Assembly (NCBI GenBank): GCA_013285995.1
Contig: JABDGN010000006.1
Location: forward strand, 1 to 51,896
DNA length: 51,896 nucleotides
Source: Gammaproteobacteria bacterium
GTDB taxonomy: Bacteria > Pseudomonadota > Gammaproteobacteria > JABDGN01
Direction: 5' to 3'
Numbering within the stretch: the first letter of the stretch is position 1; each line of letters opens with the position of its first letter. The position numbers and the translations under genes are program-made. The notes below the pieces were generated by a model. It was not told the origin of the DNA. It did no database searches and saw only the letters and a list, made by a program, of their open reading frames with translations. Shown here one piece after another: positions 26,557-35,736 of this stretch.

Positions 26557-27996
26557 GTGCTTAACAACCTCTTTTCCCCCACCCACCAAACCAGCTTGCA
26601 AACTTTTTTGCAGGAGGGCGATTGGCAAAAGGCTTTTAGCCTGTGGTGTTACATGGAAAACATCAGTGAGGCGAATGAGCCGCAGGTTTTATTGCGGCGT
26701 GTTAATCATCAAATTGCTGCCTTAGATGAACTGATCAATTTGCAGCTTAATAACATTCTACATCATCCTTTATTGCAAGCCTTAGAAGCGCGTTGGCGCG
26801 GGCTTTCGTACATCATCGATGCCAAAGAAAACAGCAGTGAAATTATTATTAAACTCTTGGATATCACTTGGCAAGAGATGCATCGCGATTTAACCCGTCA
26901 TATGGAATTTGATCAGAGCGAATTATTTGCCAAGATTTACAGTGCCGAATTTGGCAGCCCCGGTGGTAAACCGTTTGGATTATTGATCGGCGATTACACC
27001 GCGCATATTCAAGGCCCCACCACCAAATTTGATTTTGATGTGTTGGAAGGCATGGCGAGCATCGCCGCGGCAAGCTTTGCGCCGTTTGTGGCCGCGGTGG
27101 CACCCACCGCGTTTGGTGTGGATGACTTTGCTAATCCCTTATCGTTTTCATCGCTGGATAAATTATTCAAGCAAGAAGCTTATGGCCGCTGGCGACAATT
27201 GCGCAATCACCCCGATACGCGTTTTGTCGGCCTCACCATGCCGCGTGTGATTTTGCGCGCGCCCTATGAAAATTTGCGCATCCACCGCGGTAGTTTTCGC
27301 TTCCAAGAAAAAGTCACCGAAAATATCGAGCATTATTTGTGGGGCAATGGTAGCTTTGCCTTTGGCGTCGCGGTAGTGCGATCGTTTTTACTCACTGGTT
27401 GGCCCGGCACCATTCGCGGTGCTAAACCCGCCGACGAAGCCGGCGGCATCATCGAAGGTTTGCCCGTCATCACGCATTATCATGGCAATCTCATCGAAAA
27501 ATTTTCCACCGAACTTTTAATTGACACACAGGATGAAAGTTACATTGCCGATTCTGGCTTAATTCCCATCTGCCAATACGCCGACACCGGCAAAGCGATT
27601 TTATACAGCAATGCCTCGGTGTTTAACTCGCATCAATCAGGGGATGAGCACGAAAACATCAACATGAAACTCTCGTCCATGCTGCAATATATTTTGTCAG
27701 CGAGCCGCTTTGCACATTATGTGAAAATTTTGGGACGGGATTGGATTGGGACTATGCATTCGACAGTGGAGGTTGAAAATAAATTAAATCGGTGGATAAC
27801 AGACTTTGTGGCATCCAATGATGTCGATGGTGATTTACGAATTAAATATCCTTTACAAGAAGCTAAAGTGGAAGTAACAGAAAAAATAGGAACGGCCGAT
27901 AAATATCGATGTGTCATTTATTTGCGACCCAAGTTGCAATTAGAGAAAGTAGATACTACATTGAAATTAATTACAGAACTACAGTCAATTCAGTAA
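26557..27996 (+). CDS. tssC: Type VI secretion sheath large subunit TssC/VipB (second-copy type)
   Basis: QLNNILHHP..LEARWRGL, EFDQSELF.KIY..EFGSPGG.PFG, YLWGN, SRFAHYVK, YPLQEA, LRP. Confidence 0.92.
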   Translation: MLNNLFSPTHQTSLQTFLQEGDWQKAFSLWCYMENISEANEPQVLLRRVNHQIAALDELINLQLNNILHHPLLQALEARWRGLSYIIDAKENSSEIIIKLLDITWQEMHRDLTRHMEFDQSELFAKIYSAEFGSPGGKPFGLLIGDYTAHIQGPTTKFDFDVLEGMASIAAASFAPFVAAVAPTAFGVDDFANPLSFSSLDKLFKQEAYGRWRQLRNHPDTRFVGLTMPRVILRAPYENLRIHRGSFRFQEKVTENIEHYLWGNGSFAFGVAVVRSFLLTGWPGTIRGAKPADEAGGIIEGLPVITHYHGNLIEKFSTELLIDTQDESYIADSGLIPICQYADTGKAILYSNASVFNSHQSGDEHENINMKLSSMLQYILSASRFAHYVKILGRDWIGTMHSTVEVENKLNRWITDFVASNDVDGDLRIKYPLQEAKVEVTEKIGTADKYRCVIYLRPKLQLEKVDTTLKLITELQSIQ

Positions 27997-28033
27997 CCAA
28001 ACCTTCTTTCTTTACTTCAGAAAGAAGGTTTGG
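27997..28033. terminator. Hairpin between convergent genes
   Basis: ccaaaccttctttct-N7-agaaagaaggtttgg. Confidence 0.7.
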
Positions 28034-28057
28034 GCTACTAATTTTTAAGCCACAGTA

Positions 28058-28624
28058 CTAGCTAGCAGCACTTTTAATCACATGTGCTGTTGTAGTGGCT
28101 GGATGGCGTGCTTCAATGAGTGCCTTTGGATCAAGACCATTAAAGCCCCCACTTACTGCATAGTATGGGGTACCTGTATTATCGGTGATTGCTGTATTAA
28201 TCACAGAAACCGCTTTTGTGTCTCTAGGTTTTACGGTTGTATTCCAACCCATCTGCCATTTAGGAGTCTCTTTGCCTGTTGTTTCAAGAGCAAAGATCTT
28301 CGCTTCTTTCACGCTTGCGGGTAAAATTTTTTCTCTGCTGAAAATAACAAAGTTTAAGTTCGTATCACTACCTGCATAAGCGGCGGCGAGCTGTATTTGA
28401 GCGCGATAGAAAGCGGTTAGGCCAGCGTTAGCGTCTGCGTTTGAGTTGACGCCAATGGAACCACCACAATACCCGCCGACCTCCGGCATAATGGGAAATG
28501 CATTAGGAAATTCTGTTAATGCATCAGGGTTTTTGTTTGCGACGCCAAGGTCCACATACAAGGCGCCAGCTGCAGGTTGCCTTGTTGGCATGGCTAGCCC
28601 ATTGGCTGGAAGCGGAGTATACAT
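28058..28624 (-). CDS. Hypothetical protein with an upstream PmrA-type box
   Basis: 188-aa ORF with GAGG RBS and upstream TTAA-N7-TTAA. Confidence 0.65.
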   Translation of the reverse strand: MYTPLPANGLAMPTRQPAAGALYVDLGVANKNPDALTEFPNAFPIMPEVGGYCGGSIGVNSNADANAGLTAFYRAQIQLAAAYAGSDTNLNFVIFSREKILPASVKEAKIFALETTGKETPKWQMGWNTTVKPRDTKAVSVINTAITDNTGTPYYAVSGGFNGLDPKALIEARHPATTTAHVIKSAAS

Positions 28625-28705
28625 AATTAATTACCTCATATTGTTTAGTTTAAATTAAATTATTTTTGTTCTGCAGCAAAGCGTGCGCTTGGCTACATGT
28701 TCACA

Positions 28706-28738
28706 ACTATATACGAGATTTATTAAGAGAAGATTAAG
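28706..28738 (-). promoter_or_regulatory. PmrA-type box plus -10
   Basis: Minus strand: cTTAA tcttctc TTAA-11 nt-TATAGT. Confidence 0.6.
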
Positions 28739-28900
28739 ACACTTAAAATATTTTTTAATGCTTTTCTTTTTGCTTCCCGTATATTCCCCCTCATCGAGGA
28801 GTCGAAACAATACTAGACCATCGCTTAATTTTTTTCCAGCGCTAATTGCGAAAAAAACAGAATAAAATTAAATTTGTAGGAAACTTTCGTATTTGTCATC

Positions 28901-28934
28901 TTCCTCGCGTTTGTGCGAGGGATTTTGCTTTTTG
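28901..28934 (+). terminator. Intrinsic terminator-like hairpin with no obvious upstream CDS
   Basis: cctcgc-gtttgt-gcgagg followed by a T-rich tract. Confidence 0.45.
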
Positions 28935-28971
28935 TCTTTAAAATTGTTGGCAAAATTTAAAAAATGGAGTT

Positions 28972-29021
28972 GTAGGTCGGTTTACGAGAGTTGCGCCGTT
29001 AGGCGCAACGAACAAGCCGAC
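28972..29021 (+). repeat. Single GTAG REP
   Basis: gtaggtcggtttacgagagttgcgcc..ggcgcaac..aagccgac. Confidence 0.85.
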
Positions 29022-29027
29022 ATCAAT

Positions 29028-29060
29028 TTGACAAACTCTTTGTAACTGTATATAGTTACA
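29028..29060 (+). promoter_or_regulatory. hicAB promoter with a palindromic operator
   Basis: TTGACA-17 nt-TATAGT; the imperfect palindrome tgtaactgtatatagttaca covers the -10. Confidence 0.7.
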
Positions 29061-29062
29061 AC

Positions 29063-29305
29063 ATGACGAAGCATGAAAAGTTGTTAGCAAGAGCTATAAA
29101 TAATCCTGGTGATTTAAGTTTTGCTGAATTTCAAACTCTTTTACAGCAATGTGAGTGGGAAAAAGATCATCAAACCGGTAGCCACCAGATTTGGTATTCG
29201 TCCAAAAGGTTTCGACTTTCTATTCAGAATAATAAAGGCAAAGCAAAAGCTTATCAGGTGAAACAATTTTTAGTGCGTTATGAGGAGGAAAGTAAACATG
29301 GCTGA
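29063..29305 (+). CDS. hicA: HicA-family toxin
   Basis: NPGDLSF.EF..LL, GSHQI, GKAKAYQVKQ. Confidence 0.85.
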   Translation: MTKHEKLLARAINNPGDLSFAEFQTLLQQCEWEKDHQTGSHQIWYSSKRFRLSIQNNKGKAKAYQVKQFLVRYEEESKHG

Positions 29306-29714
29306 TAGAAAAACAAAAATGAAAGATGGGGTCGAGCATCACGATGATGAAAAGGAAAAACTTAAAACCGGTGATGAATTCGATGGATATAGTATTTATT
29401 TAGCTGAAGATGAAGACGGTGATTTTTTAGCACACTTTGTTGAAATGCCTAATGTTTCCGCTTTTGGTGCAACACCCGAATTGGCGTTGGAAGAGTTGAA
29501 AATTGCTTGGGAAGGCGTTAAAAAAAGTTATTTGAAGCATGGCGAAGAAATTCCGTTGGCACCGCGCCGTAAAGAATACAGTGGTCAATTTAATGTACGA
29601 ATCGATAAACGGGCACATCGTCAATTAGCAATAGAGGCCGCTCAGGCGGGTATTAGCTTGAATGCCTTAGTGGCGCAGAAGTTAACGCAAACGCCCGTTT
29701 TGAAAGCCGCCTAG
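29298..29714 (+). CDS. hicB: HicB-family antitoxin (RHH type)
   Basis: SAFGATPE.AL, YSGQFNVRI..HRQLA.EA..GISLN; GAGGAGG RBS. Confidence 0.88.
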   Translation: MADRKTKMKDGVEHHDDEKEKLKTGDEFDGYSIYLAEDEDGDFLAHFVEMPNVSAFGATPELALEELKIAWEGVKKSYLKHGEEIPLAPRRKEYSGQFNVRIDKRAHRQLAIEAAQAGISLNALVAQKLTQTPVLKAA

Positions 29715-29736
29715 GGAATTAAATTTAAAAACTCTT

Positions 29737-29937
29737 ATGAAAACAAAAAACTTTGAAGAATATTTATTGGCTCGCCTTGATAAAAAAGAAATTACGGAAA
29801 TTGAAAGGGTGGCTAAAGCAGAAGCTGACCAATTACAAGAAACGCAAGATAAAGCTTTCGGCATGTGGAAAGATCGTGGTATCAAAGATTCGGTTGAGTA
29901 TGTGAGGAAATTACGTAAAAAAGAGTGGGGCGATTAA
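29737..29937 (+). CDS. Small antitoxin-like protein, possibly chimeric or orphan
   Basis: N-terminus MKTKNFEEYL..RL.K.EI.EIE; C-terminus AFGMWKDR..DSVEYVRKLR.EW resembles VapB-type tails. Confidence 0.45.
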   Translation: MKTKNFEEYLLARLDKKEITEIERVAKAEADQLQETQDKAFGMWKDRGIKDSVEYVRKLRKKEWGD

Positions 29938-29950
29938 ATATTTAGATGCT

Positions 29951-29982
29951 AAATCCCCCTACCCCCTTTACGAAAGGAGAGA
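29951..29982 (+). repeat. Degenerate half copy of repeat family A
   Basis: aaatccccctaccccctttacgaaaggagaga. Confidence 0.7.
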
Positions 29983-30033
29983 TCTCTTGAATTAATTTTT
30001 AGATTGTTTTTATGAGAATGATAAAAAATATTT

Positions 30034-30528
30034 ATGTCCATCAACAAACCCACTCAAAAACCTGAGCACATCACGTTATCATTGCTGGATAGGCTCAAAC
30101 CACCGCCGAAAAATGTGCCAGATTGGGCGCGCGATAAAGTGCAAGAGCTGACAGCGTCCGTTGCACAGGATTTGCAGAATTTATTGAACACTCACAAAGT
30201 GATTGGTGCGGAAGAATTGCCGGACGACTTTCCGGAATTGCGTCCCTCACTGGTTGATTACGGCATCCCCGATTTAACGACGATCAGCATTTATTCTGAC
30301 GAGCAAAAGCAACGTTTCACTGAAGCCGTGCAGCGCGCGATTGAAGTGTATGAACCGCGCTTGAAAGATGTGCGGGTAGAATTGTTGGAAGCCAATAACG
30401 AAGTGGAACTCATTTTCCGCTTTCGCATTAAAGCCGTACTGATCGTTGAGCCGAAACCGATTCCCATCAGTTTTGATACGCCTTTGTTTTCCGATACGCG
30501 TTTGTTTGCGGTGAAGGCGGAGGAGTAG
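30034..30528 (+). CDS. tssE: Type VI secretion baseplate TssE (gp25-like)
   Basis: SLLDRL, DLQNLLNT, SLVDYGIPD, AIEVYEPRLKDVRV, FRIKA. Confidence 0.9.
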   Translation: MSINKPTQKPEHITLSLLDRLKPPPKNVPDWARDKVQELTASVAQDLQNLLNTHKVIGAEELPDDFPELRPSLVDYGIPDLTTISIYSDEQKQRFTEAVQRAIEVYEPRLKDVRVELLEANNEVELIFRFRIKAVLIVEPKPIPISFDTPLFSDTRLFAVKAEE

Positions 30529-30553
30529 GGGTTTGTGGTATAATTTTACAATT

Positions 30554-30581
30554 CGTCATCCCCGCGAAGGCGGGGATCCAG
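30554..30581 (+). repeat. CGTC REP, left arm of the pair around hicBA
   Basis: cgtcatccccgcgaaggcggggatccag. Confidence 0.88.
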
Positions 30582-30614
30582 TGGTACAACTTCATTTTCA
30601 GCGGGAAACTTGCT

Positions 30615-30830
30615 ATGTTGCAACACGTAAAATACATCATCTATCGTGAAAACGAATATTATGTGGCTCAATGCTTGAACGTTGATGTGTCAAGTTTTGG
30701 CAAAACAATTGATGAAGCTGTGAAAAATATTAAAGAAGCGGTAGAGCTTTATTTGCAAGATGATGAGGGTCTCTCCAATTATCACATGATTAATGAGGCG
30801 TTATTGGGAGAAGCTGAATTAAATGTCTAA
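30615..30830 (+). CDS. hicB: HicB-like antitoxin (short, no DNA-binding domain)
   Basis: YYVAQC..VSSFGKTIDEAVKNIKEAVELYL. Confidence 0.85.
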   Translation: MLQHVKYIIYRENEYYVAQCLNVDVSSFGKTIDEAVKNIKEAVELYLQDDEGLSNYHMINEALLGEAELNV

Positions 30831-31032
30831 TGCTTTTTCATCGGCTCATATTATTTCTGTACTATTAAAGCATGGTTTTATTGAAGTTAGTCAAAAAGGT
30901 AGCCACAGAAAATATCGGTATAAAACTTATACGGTAATTGTGCCTCATCCACGCAAAGATATTCCTTTTGGTACATTTAATTCTATCGTAAGACAATCTG
31001 GTTTAAAAAAAGCTGATTTTTTGGATGGTTAA
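30823..31032 (+). CDS. hicA: HicA-family toxin
   Basis: GFIEVSQKGSH.KY..VIVPH..KDIP.GT..SI.RQSGL. Confidence 0.88.
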   Translation: MSNAFSSAHIISVLLKHGFIEVSQKGSHRKYRYKTYTVIVPHPRKDIPFGTFNSIVRQSGLKKADFLDG

Positions 31033-31090
31033 TGTTACCGACTAAAAGAAAATAAGTTTAATTTCTATGTTAGATATAAATGATGTATCT

Positions 31091-31118
31091 CTAGATTCCC
31101 GCTTTCGCGGGAATGACG
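31091..31118 (-). repeat. CGTC REP, right inverted arm
   Basis: Reverse complement reads cgtcattcccgcgaaagcgggaatctag. Confidence 0.88.
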
Positions 31119-31138
31119 TAAACTTCGGAGTTTCCCCC

Positions 31139-33130
31139 ATGCCCACTCGCCAACAACGTGCCAATGCCATCCGTGCTTTGAGTATGGATGCGGTTCAACA
31201 AGCTAATTCTGGCCATCCCGGCATGCCGATGGGCATGGCCGATATCGCTGAAGTGTTGTGGCACGATCATTTAAAACATAATCCGGCCAACCCTGCTTGG
31301 GTCAATCGCGATCGATTTATTTTATCGAACGGCCATGGCTCGATGTTGCATTATTCTTTGTTACATTTAACCGGCTACGATCTCAGTATTGAAGAGCTCA
31401 AAAATTTTCGACAATTGCATAGCAAAACACCGGGCCATCCCGAGTATGGTTATGCACCGGGAATTGAAACGACCACTGGGCCTTTGGGGCAAGGCTTGAG
31501 CAATGCGGTCGGTATGGCGCTCGCTGAAAAAATATTAAGCACGCAATTTAATCGGCCCGGATTTAATATCATCGATCATTACACCTACGTTTTTTTAGGT
31601 GATGGTTGTTTGATGGAAGGCATTTCGCACGAAGCCTGCGCGATTGCGGGCACCTGGCAACTCAATAAATTAATTGCCTTTTGGGATGACAATGGCATTT
31701 CGATCGATGGTTTTGTGGAACCGTGGTTCACCGATGATACACCCAAACGTTTTGAAGCTTATGGTTGGCATGTGGTGCGTGGTATCGATGGACATGATGC
31801 GCAAGCCGTTGAGCAAGCTGTATCGCAATGTCAACAAATCACTGACCGGCCGAGTTTAATTTGCTGCAAAACCCAAATTGGTCATGGTGCGCCGAACATG
31901 GCGGGCACGGCGAAAGTGCATGGTGCCGCTTTAGGTGCAGCGGAAGTGGCTGCGACGCGTGAACATTTAAATTGGCCGCATGCGCCGTTTGTGATCCCTG
32001 ACGAAATTTATCGTGATTGGTCGGCGCGTGAACAGGGTGCGCAATCGGAAAGCACTTGGGAAACTTTATTTGCTAATTATCAAACACAATTTCCGGAATT
32101 AGCTGCTGAATTAACGCGGCGCTGGCAGCGGAAATTACCTGCTGATTGGTCTGCACGCGTCAGTACTTTGTTGAATGACACCTTAGCCAAACCGGAAACC
32201 ATTGCCACGCGTAAAGCCTCTCTCAATTGTTTAAATGCACTCGCGCCACATATTCCCGAAATTCTCGGCGGCTCGGCCGATTTAACCGGTTCTAATTTAA
32301 CGCAATGGAGCGGCAGCGTGACACTCACCCGTCAGCAATTCAACGCGAATTACATTCACTACGGCGTGCGGGAATTTGGCATGTCGGCGATTATGAATGG
32401 CATCGCTTTGTATGGTGGATTGATTCCGTTTGGCGGCACATTTTTAACCTTCAGTGATTATGCTCGTAATGCGGTACGCATGGCCGCGATCATGAAACAG
32501 CGGGTGATTTTTGTGTATTCGCACGATTCGATCGGCGTGGGTGAAGATGGTCCGACGCATCAGCCGATTGAACACGCTAGCGCTTTGCGTTTGATTCCGA
32601 ATGTCCATGTGTGGCGGCCTTGCGATATGGCAGAAACCATCGTCGCGTGGCAAAGCGCCATTGAACAACAACACACGCCTACTTGTTTATTATTAACCCG
32701 ACAAAATTTACCGCCGCAAGTGCAAACTAAAACGCAAGCAGAAAATATTAAACGTGGCGGCTATGTTCTGCGCGATTGCGAAGGTATTCCCGAAATTATT
32801 TTGATCGCCACGGGTTCGGAAGTGCAGTGGGCAACGCAAGCGGCTACGCAACTTGCTAATCGCAAAATTCGCGTCGTTTCGATGCCTTGTACAGAAATTT
32901 TTGATGCACAGCCACAAGCCTATCGCGACAGCGTATTGCCGCCCAGCGTGCGCAAACGCATCGCGATTGAAGCCGGCGTGTCGGATTATTGGCGCAAGTA
33001 TGTTGGTTTAGATGGCCTGGTAATTGGTTTAGATCACTTTGGCGAATCAGCGCCGGCAGAAAAATTATTTACGCTGTTTGGGTTTAGTGCGGAGAATGTG
33101 GTTGCCAAGACAAATGAATTATTAAATTAA
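31139..33130 (+). CDS. tkt: Transketolase
   Basis: [40 protein letters not shown]; GGAG RBS before ATG 31139. Confidence 0.98.
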   Translation: MPTRQQRANAIRALSMDAVQQANSGHPGMPMGMADIAEVLWHDHLKHNPANPAWVNRDRFILSNGHGSMLHYSLLHLTGYDLSIEELKNFRQLHSKTPGHPEYGYAPGIETTTGPLGQGLSNAVGMALAEKILSTQFNRPGFNIIDHYTYVFLGDGCLMEGISHEACAIAGTWQLNKLIAFWDDNGISIDGFVEPWFTDDTPKRFEAYGWHVVRGIDGHDAQAVEQAVSQCQQITDRPSLICCKTQIGHGAPNMAGTAKVHGAALGAAEVAATREHLNWPHAPFVIPDEIYRDWSAREQGAQSESTWETLFANYQTQFPELAAELTRRWQRKLPADWSARVSTLLNDTLAKPETIATRKASLNCLNALAPHIPEILGGSADLTGSNLTQWSGSVTLTRQQFNANYIHYGVREFGMSAIMNGIALYGGLIPFGGTFLTFSDYARNAVRMAAIMKQRVIFVYSHDSIGVGEDGPTHQPIEHASALRLIPNVHVWRPCDMAETIVAWQSAIEQQHTPTCLLLTRQNLPPQVQTKTQAENIKRGGYVLRDCEGIPEIILIATGSEVQWATQAATQLANRKIRVVSMPCTEIFDAQPQAYRDSVLPPSVRKRIAIEAGVSDYWRKYVGLDGLVIGLDHFGESAPAEKLFTLFGFSAENVVAKTNELLN

Positions 33131-33169
33131 TTTAATTGCAAAAAGGGATTTTTGGTATATAATTCGGGG

Positions 33170-33526
33170 ATGAATTATAATGTCATTTTTACAGAAGAGT
33201 GCCACAAATGGTTTTATTCCCTACCCGAATCTACCAGAGGTGCTGTGTACGGATATGTGGAAATGTTGGAAACGTATGGGCCACATTTAGGGTTCCCCTA
33301 TTCTTCACAAATACAGGGTTCGGTCTATAATCATCTACGTGAGTTGCGAGTTCAACATCGAGGAGAGCCTTACCGGATTTTGTATGCCTTTGATCCAATG
33401 CGTTCTGCTATTTTATTAGTAGGTGGCAACAAAACAAGCGATGGACGTTGGTATAAAAAGCATATTTCCCTAGCTGAAAAATTTTATCAGCAGCATTTGG
33501 AAAAATCAAGAGGAAATAAAAAATGA
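33170..33526 (+). CDS. RelE/ParE (HigB/Gp49-like) toxin
   Basis: GPHLGFPYS..GS..LRELRVQH.G.PYRILYAFDP.R.AILLVGG.K. Confidence 0.88.
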   Translation: MNYNVIFTEECHKWFYSLPESTRGAVYGYVEMLETYGPHLGFPYSSQIQGSVYNHLRELRVQHRGEPYRILYAFDPMRSAILLVGGNKTSDGRWYKKHISLAEKFYQQHLEKSRGNKK

Positions 33527-33837
33527 AAACCTACACATGGGAAGAAATGAAAAAAAATTTATCTCCGGAAGTAAGAATGGCTGGAGAAGCAAAAGCCAGG
33601 GAATTAATGGCCGAAATGCACTCAAAGGAATTACATAAAGTTCATCAGGTTGTTCAAGCGAATTTAGCTGAACGATTAAAAATCGATCAAGCAGCCGTTT
33701 CGAAAGTAGAAGAAAACACCGATGTATATGTGGATGTGCTCAGGGATTCTCTTAAGAAATATGGCGCGGCACTCGAAATAAATATTCGCTTTAATAATGA
33801 AGTTGTTTCTGTCGAGCATTTCCATTCATTAGCTTAA
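33523..33837 (+). CDS. XRE/HTH antitoxin
   Basis: Q..LAERL.IDQAAVSKVE..D; overlaps the toxin stop codon. Confidence 0.82.
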   Translation: MKTYTWEEMKKNLSPEVRMAGEAKARELMAEMHSKELHKVHQVVQANLAERLKIDQAAVSKVEENTDVYVDVLRDSLKKYGAALEINIRFNNEVVSVEHFHSLA

Positions 33838-33865
33838 TTTTTTTCTCTATCACTTAAAAACAAAA

Positions 33866-33892
33866 GGCCTCCGGAAAACCAGAGGCCATTTT
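33866..33892 (+). terminator. Probable terminator after the TA pair
   Basis: ggcctccgg-aaaa-ccagaggcc followed by atttt. Confidence 0.55.
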
Positions 33893-34018
33893 GTCGACCG
33901 GGTACCCCAGTCCTTATTGAGAAATATAAAACAAATTAGTGGGTTTTTCAAGTACCAGTTAATGCTTTATTTCACTCAATAGAATATAATATCACCAACT
34001 TTATCAGGAGCAAAAAAC

Positions 34019-35026
34019 ATGGCAATTCGTGTAGCAATTAATGGTTATGGGCGTATCGGCCGTAACACTTTACGGGCTTTATTTGAAGCGAAACGGCAAA
34101 ATGAAATTAATATCGTTGCGATCAATGATTTAGGCGATTTAAAAACCTCAGCTTATTTAACTAAGCACGATAGCGTGCATGGGCCTTTTCCTGGCACGGT
34201 GGAAGTGAAAGACGATAGCTTGATTATTGATGGTCATGCGATCAAAGTATTTTCTAAACGTGATCCAAAAGAATTACCCTGGGGCGATTTGAAAATCGAT
34301 GTGGTGTACGAATGTACCGGTATTTTCGCGACCAAAGACAAAGCCCAAGTGCACCTCGATGCCGGCGCAAAAAAAGTGTTGATTTCTGCACCAGCAGGTA
34401 AAGATGTAAAAACGGTCGTGTTTGGTGTGAATCACAAAACTTTAACCGCTCACGATAAAATCGTTTCGAACGCTTCTTGCACTACCAATTGCTTAGCGCC
34501 CTTAGCCAAAGCTTTACACGACAAATTAGGCATTGTCAGCGGCTTAATGAATACGGTGCACAGTTACACTAACGATCAAGTGCTCACCGATGTCGCGCAC
34601 TCTGATTTACGTCGCGCGCGTTCTGCGACGCAATCGATGATCCCGACCAAAACCGGTGCCGCTGCGGCCGTTGGTTTAGTGTTGCCAGAACTCGATGGTA
34701 AACTCGATGGCTTTGCGATTCGCGTGCCGACGATTAATGTGTCAGTGGTTGATTTAACCTTTGTTGCGAAACGTGAAACCACAGTGCAAGAAGTGAATGA
34801 AATTGTAAAAGCGGCGAGTAGTGGTGAATTGAAAAGCATTTTAAATTACAACACCGAACCATTGGTATCGGTGGATTTCAATCACAACCCGGCCTCATCA
34901 ACCTTTGATGCCACTGAAACTAAAGTCATTGGCAATTTAGTGAAAGTATTATCGTGGTATGATAACGAATGGGGTTTCAGCAACCGCATGCTGGATACTT
35001 CATTGGCAATGATGAACGCAAAATGA
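34019..35026 (+). CDS. gap: Glyceraldehyde-3-phosphate dehydrogenase
   Basis: [32 protein letters not shown]. Confidence 0.98.
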   Translation: MAIRVAINGYGRIGRNTLRALFEAKRQNEINIVAINDLGDLKTSAYLTKHDSVHGPFPGTVEVKDDSLIIDGHAIKVFSKRDPKELPWGDLKIDVVYECTGIFATKDKAQVHLDAGAKKVLISAPAGKDVKTVVFGVNHKTLTAHDKIVSNASCTTNCLAPLAKALHDKLGIVSGLMNTVHSYTNDQVLTDVAHSDLRRARSATQSMIPTKTGAAAAVGLVLPELDGKLDGFAIRVPTINVSVVDLTFVAKRETTVQEVNEIVKAASSGELKSILNYNTEPLVSVDFNHNPASSTFDATETKVIGNLVKVLSWYDNEWGFSNRMLDTSLAMMNAK

Positions 35027-35036
35027 GGAGCAAACT

Positions 35037-35657
35037 ATGAAACTATGTTACACACTGTTAGCTGCAACTGTTGCTTTAATGGCTGTTTCCGTCACTGCAA
35101 CTGCCGATCAAACTTTCAATAGTACTAATCAAACTTTAAACCAACCGTTTGGTTCGGGTGAAAGCGCTTATTTTAGCGGCGGACACCCTTATGTGGGTTT
35201 GGGCATAGGCTTTGGTAATATCGATGTCTCAGGTTTAGATAATGGTGGTTTTGGCTATGGCGTTAATGGTGGTTACTTAATGTATAAAAACCAATTTGCC
35301 TATGGGGGTGAATTTGGTTTTACGGGCTATCCGGATAGCACAGGCCCTGGAGTGACTGTCAGCGATAACGCCTTGAATTTTCTGGGGGTCGGTAAATATT
35401 ATTTGACCCACACTATTAACCTCACGATGAAAGCCGGTTTTGTAGTAGCGATGGAAAATACGAGCCTGGGCGGCTTTGGTGGCACGAGTAGTAGCAATAC
35501 GAATGTACAACCGGCTTTTGGTTTAGGTGCAGGCTATCAACTCACGCAAAATATCGGCCTAACGATGGATTGGCTGCATGCTTTTGGTAGTGATACGAGT
35601 AACGATGGCGCTTTCCCGTTGGACTCACTGTTATTTGGTGTCAATTACACCTTTTAA
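35037..35657 (+). CDS. Small outer-membrane beta-barrel protein (OmpA-TM-like)
   Basis: Signal peptide; amphipathic Gly/aromatic strands; C-terminal GVNYTF. Confidence 0.8.
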   Translation: MKLCYTLLAATVALMAVSVTATADQTFNSTNQTLNQPFGSGESAYFSGGHPYVGLGIGFGNIDVSGLDNGGFGYGVNGGYLMYKNQFAYGGEFGFTGYPDSTGPGVTVSDNALNFLGVGKYYLTHTINLTMKAGFVVAMENTSLGGFGGTSSSNTNVQPAFGLGAGYQLTQNIGLTMDWLHAFGSDTSNDGAFPLDSLLFGVNYTF

Positions 35658-35671
35658 TGCGACGGCAGCGT

Positions 35672-35700
35672 AAAAAACGGGAGCACTGCTCCCGTTTTTT
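35672..35700. terminator. Bidirectional intrinsic terminator
   Basis: aaaaaacgggagca-c-tgctcccgtttttt. Confidence 0.85.
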
Positions 35701-35736
35701 ATTTATACTATGTCATCTTCAATCAAAGGAAATCGT

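Noticed and set aside
28743-28758. Sixth PmrA-type box on the plus strand
   Set aside because: The spacer is 8 nt rather than 7 and there is no -10 at the expected distance
26557-30528. Prophage or tailocin
   Set aside because: The sheath and gp25-like genes carry T6SS-specific motifs; no capsid, terminase, tube or lysis genes are present
25672-33837. Integron cassette array
   Set aside because: No intI and no repeated attC-like sites; the cassettes are interspersed with core genes
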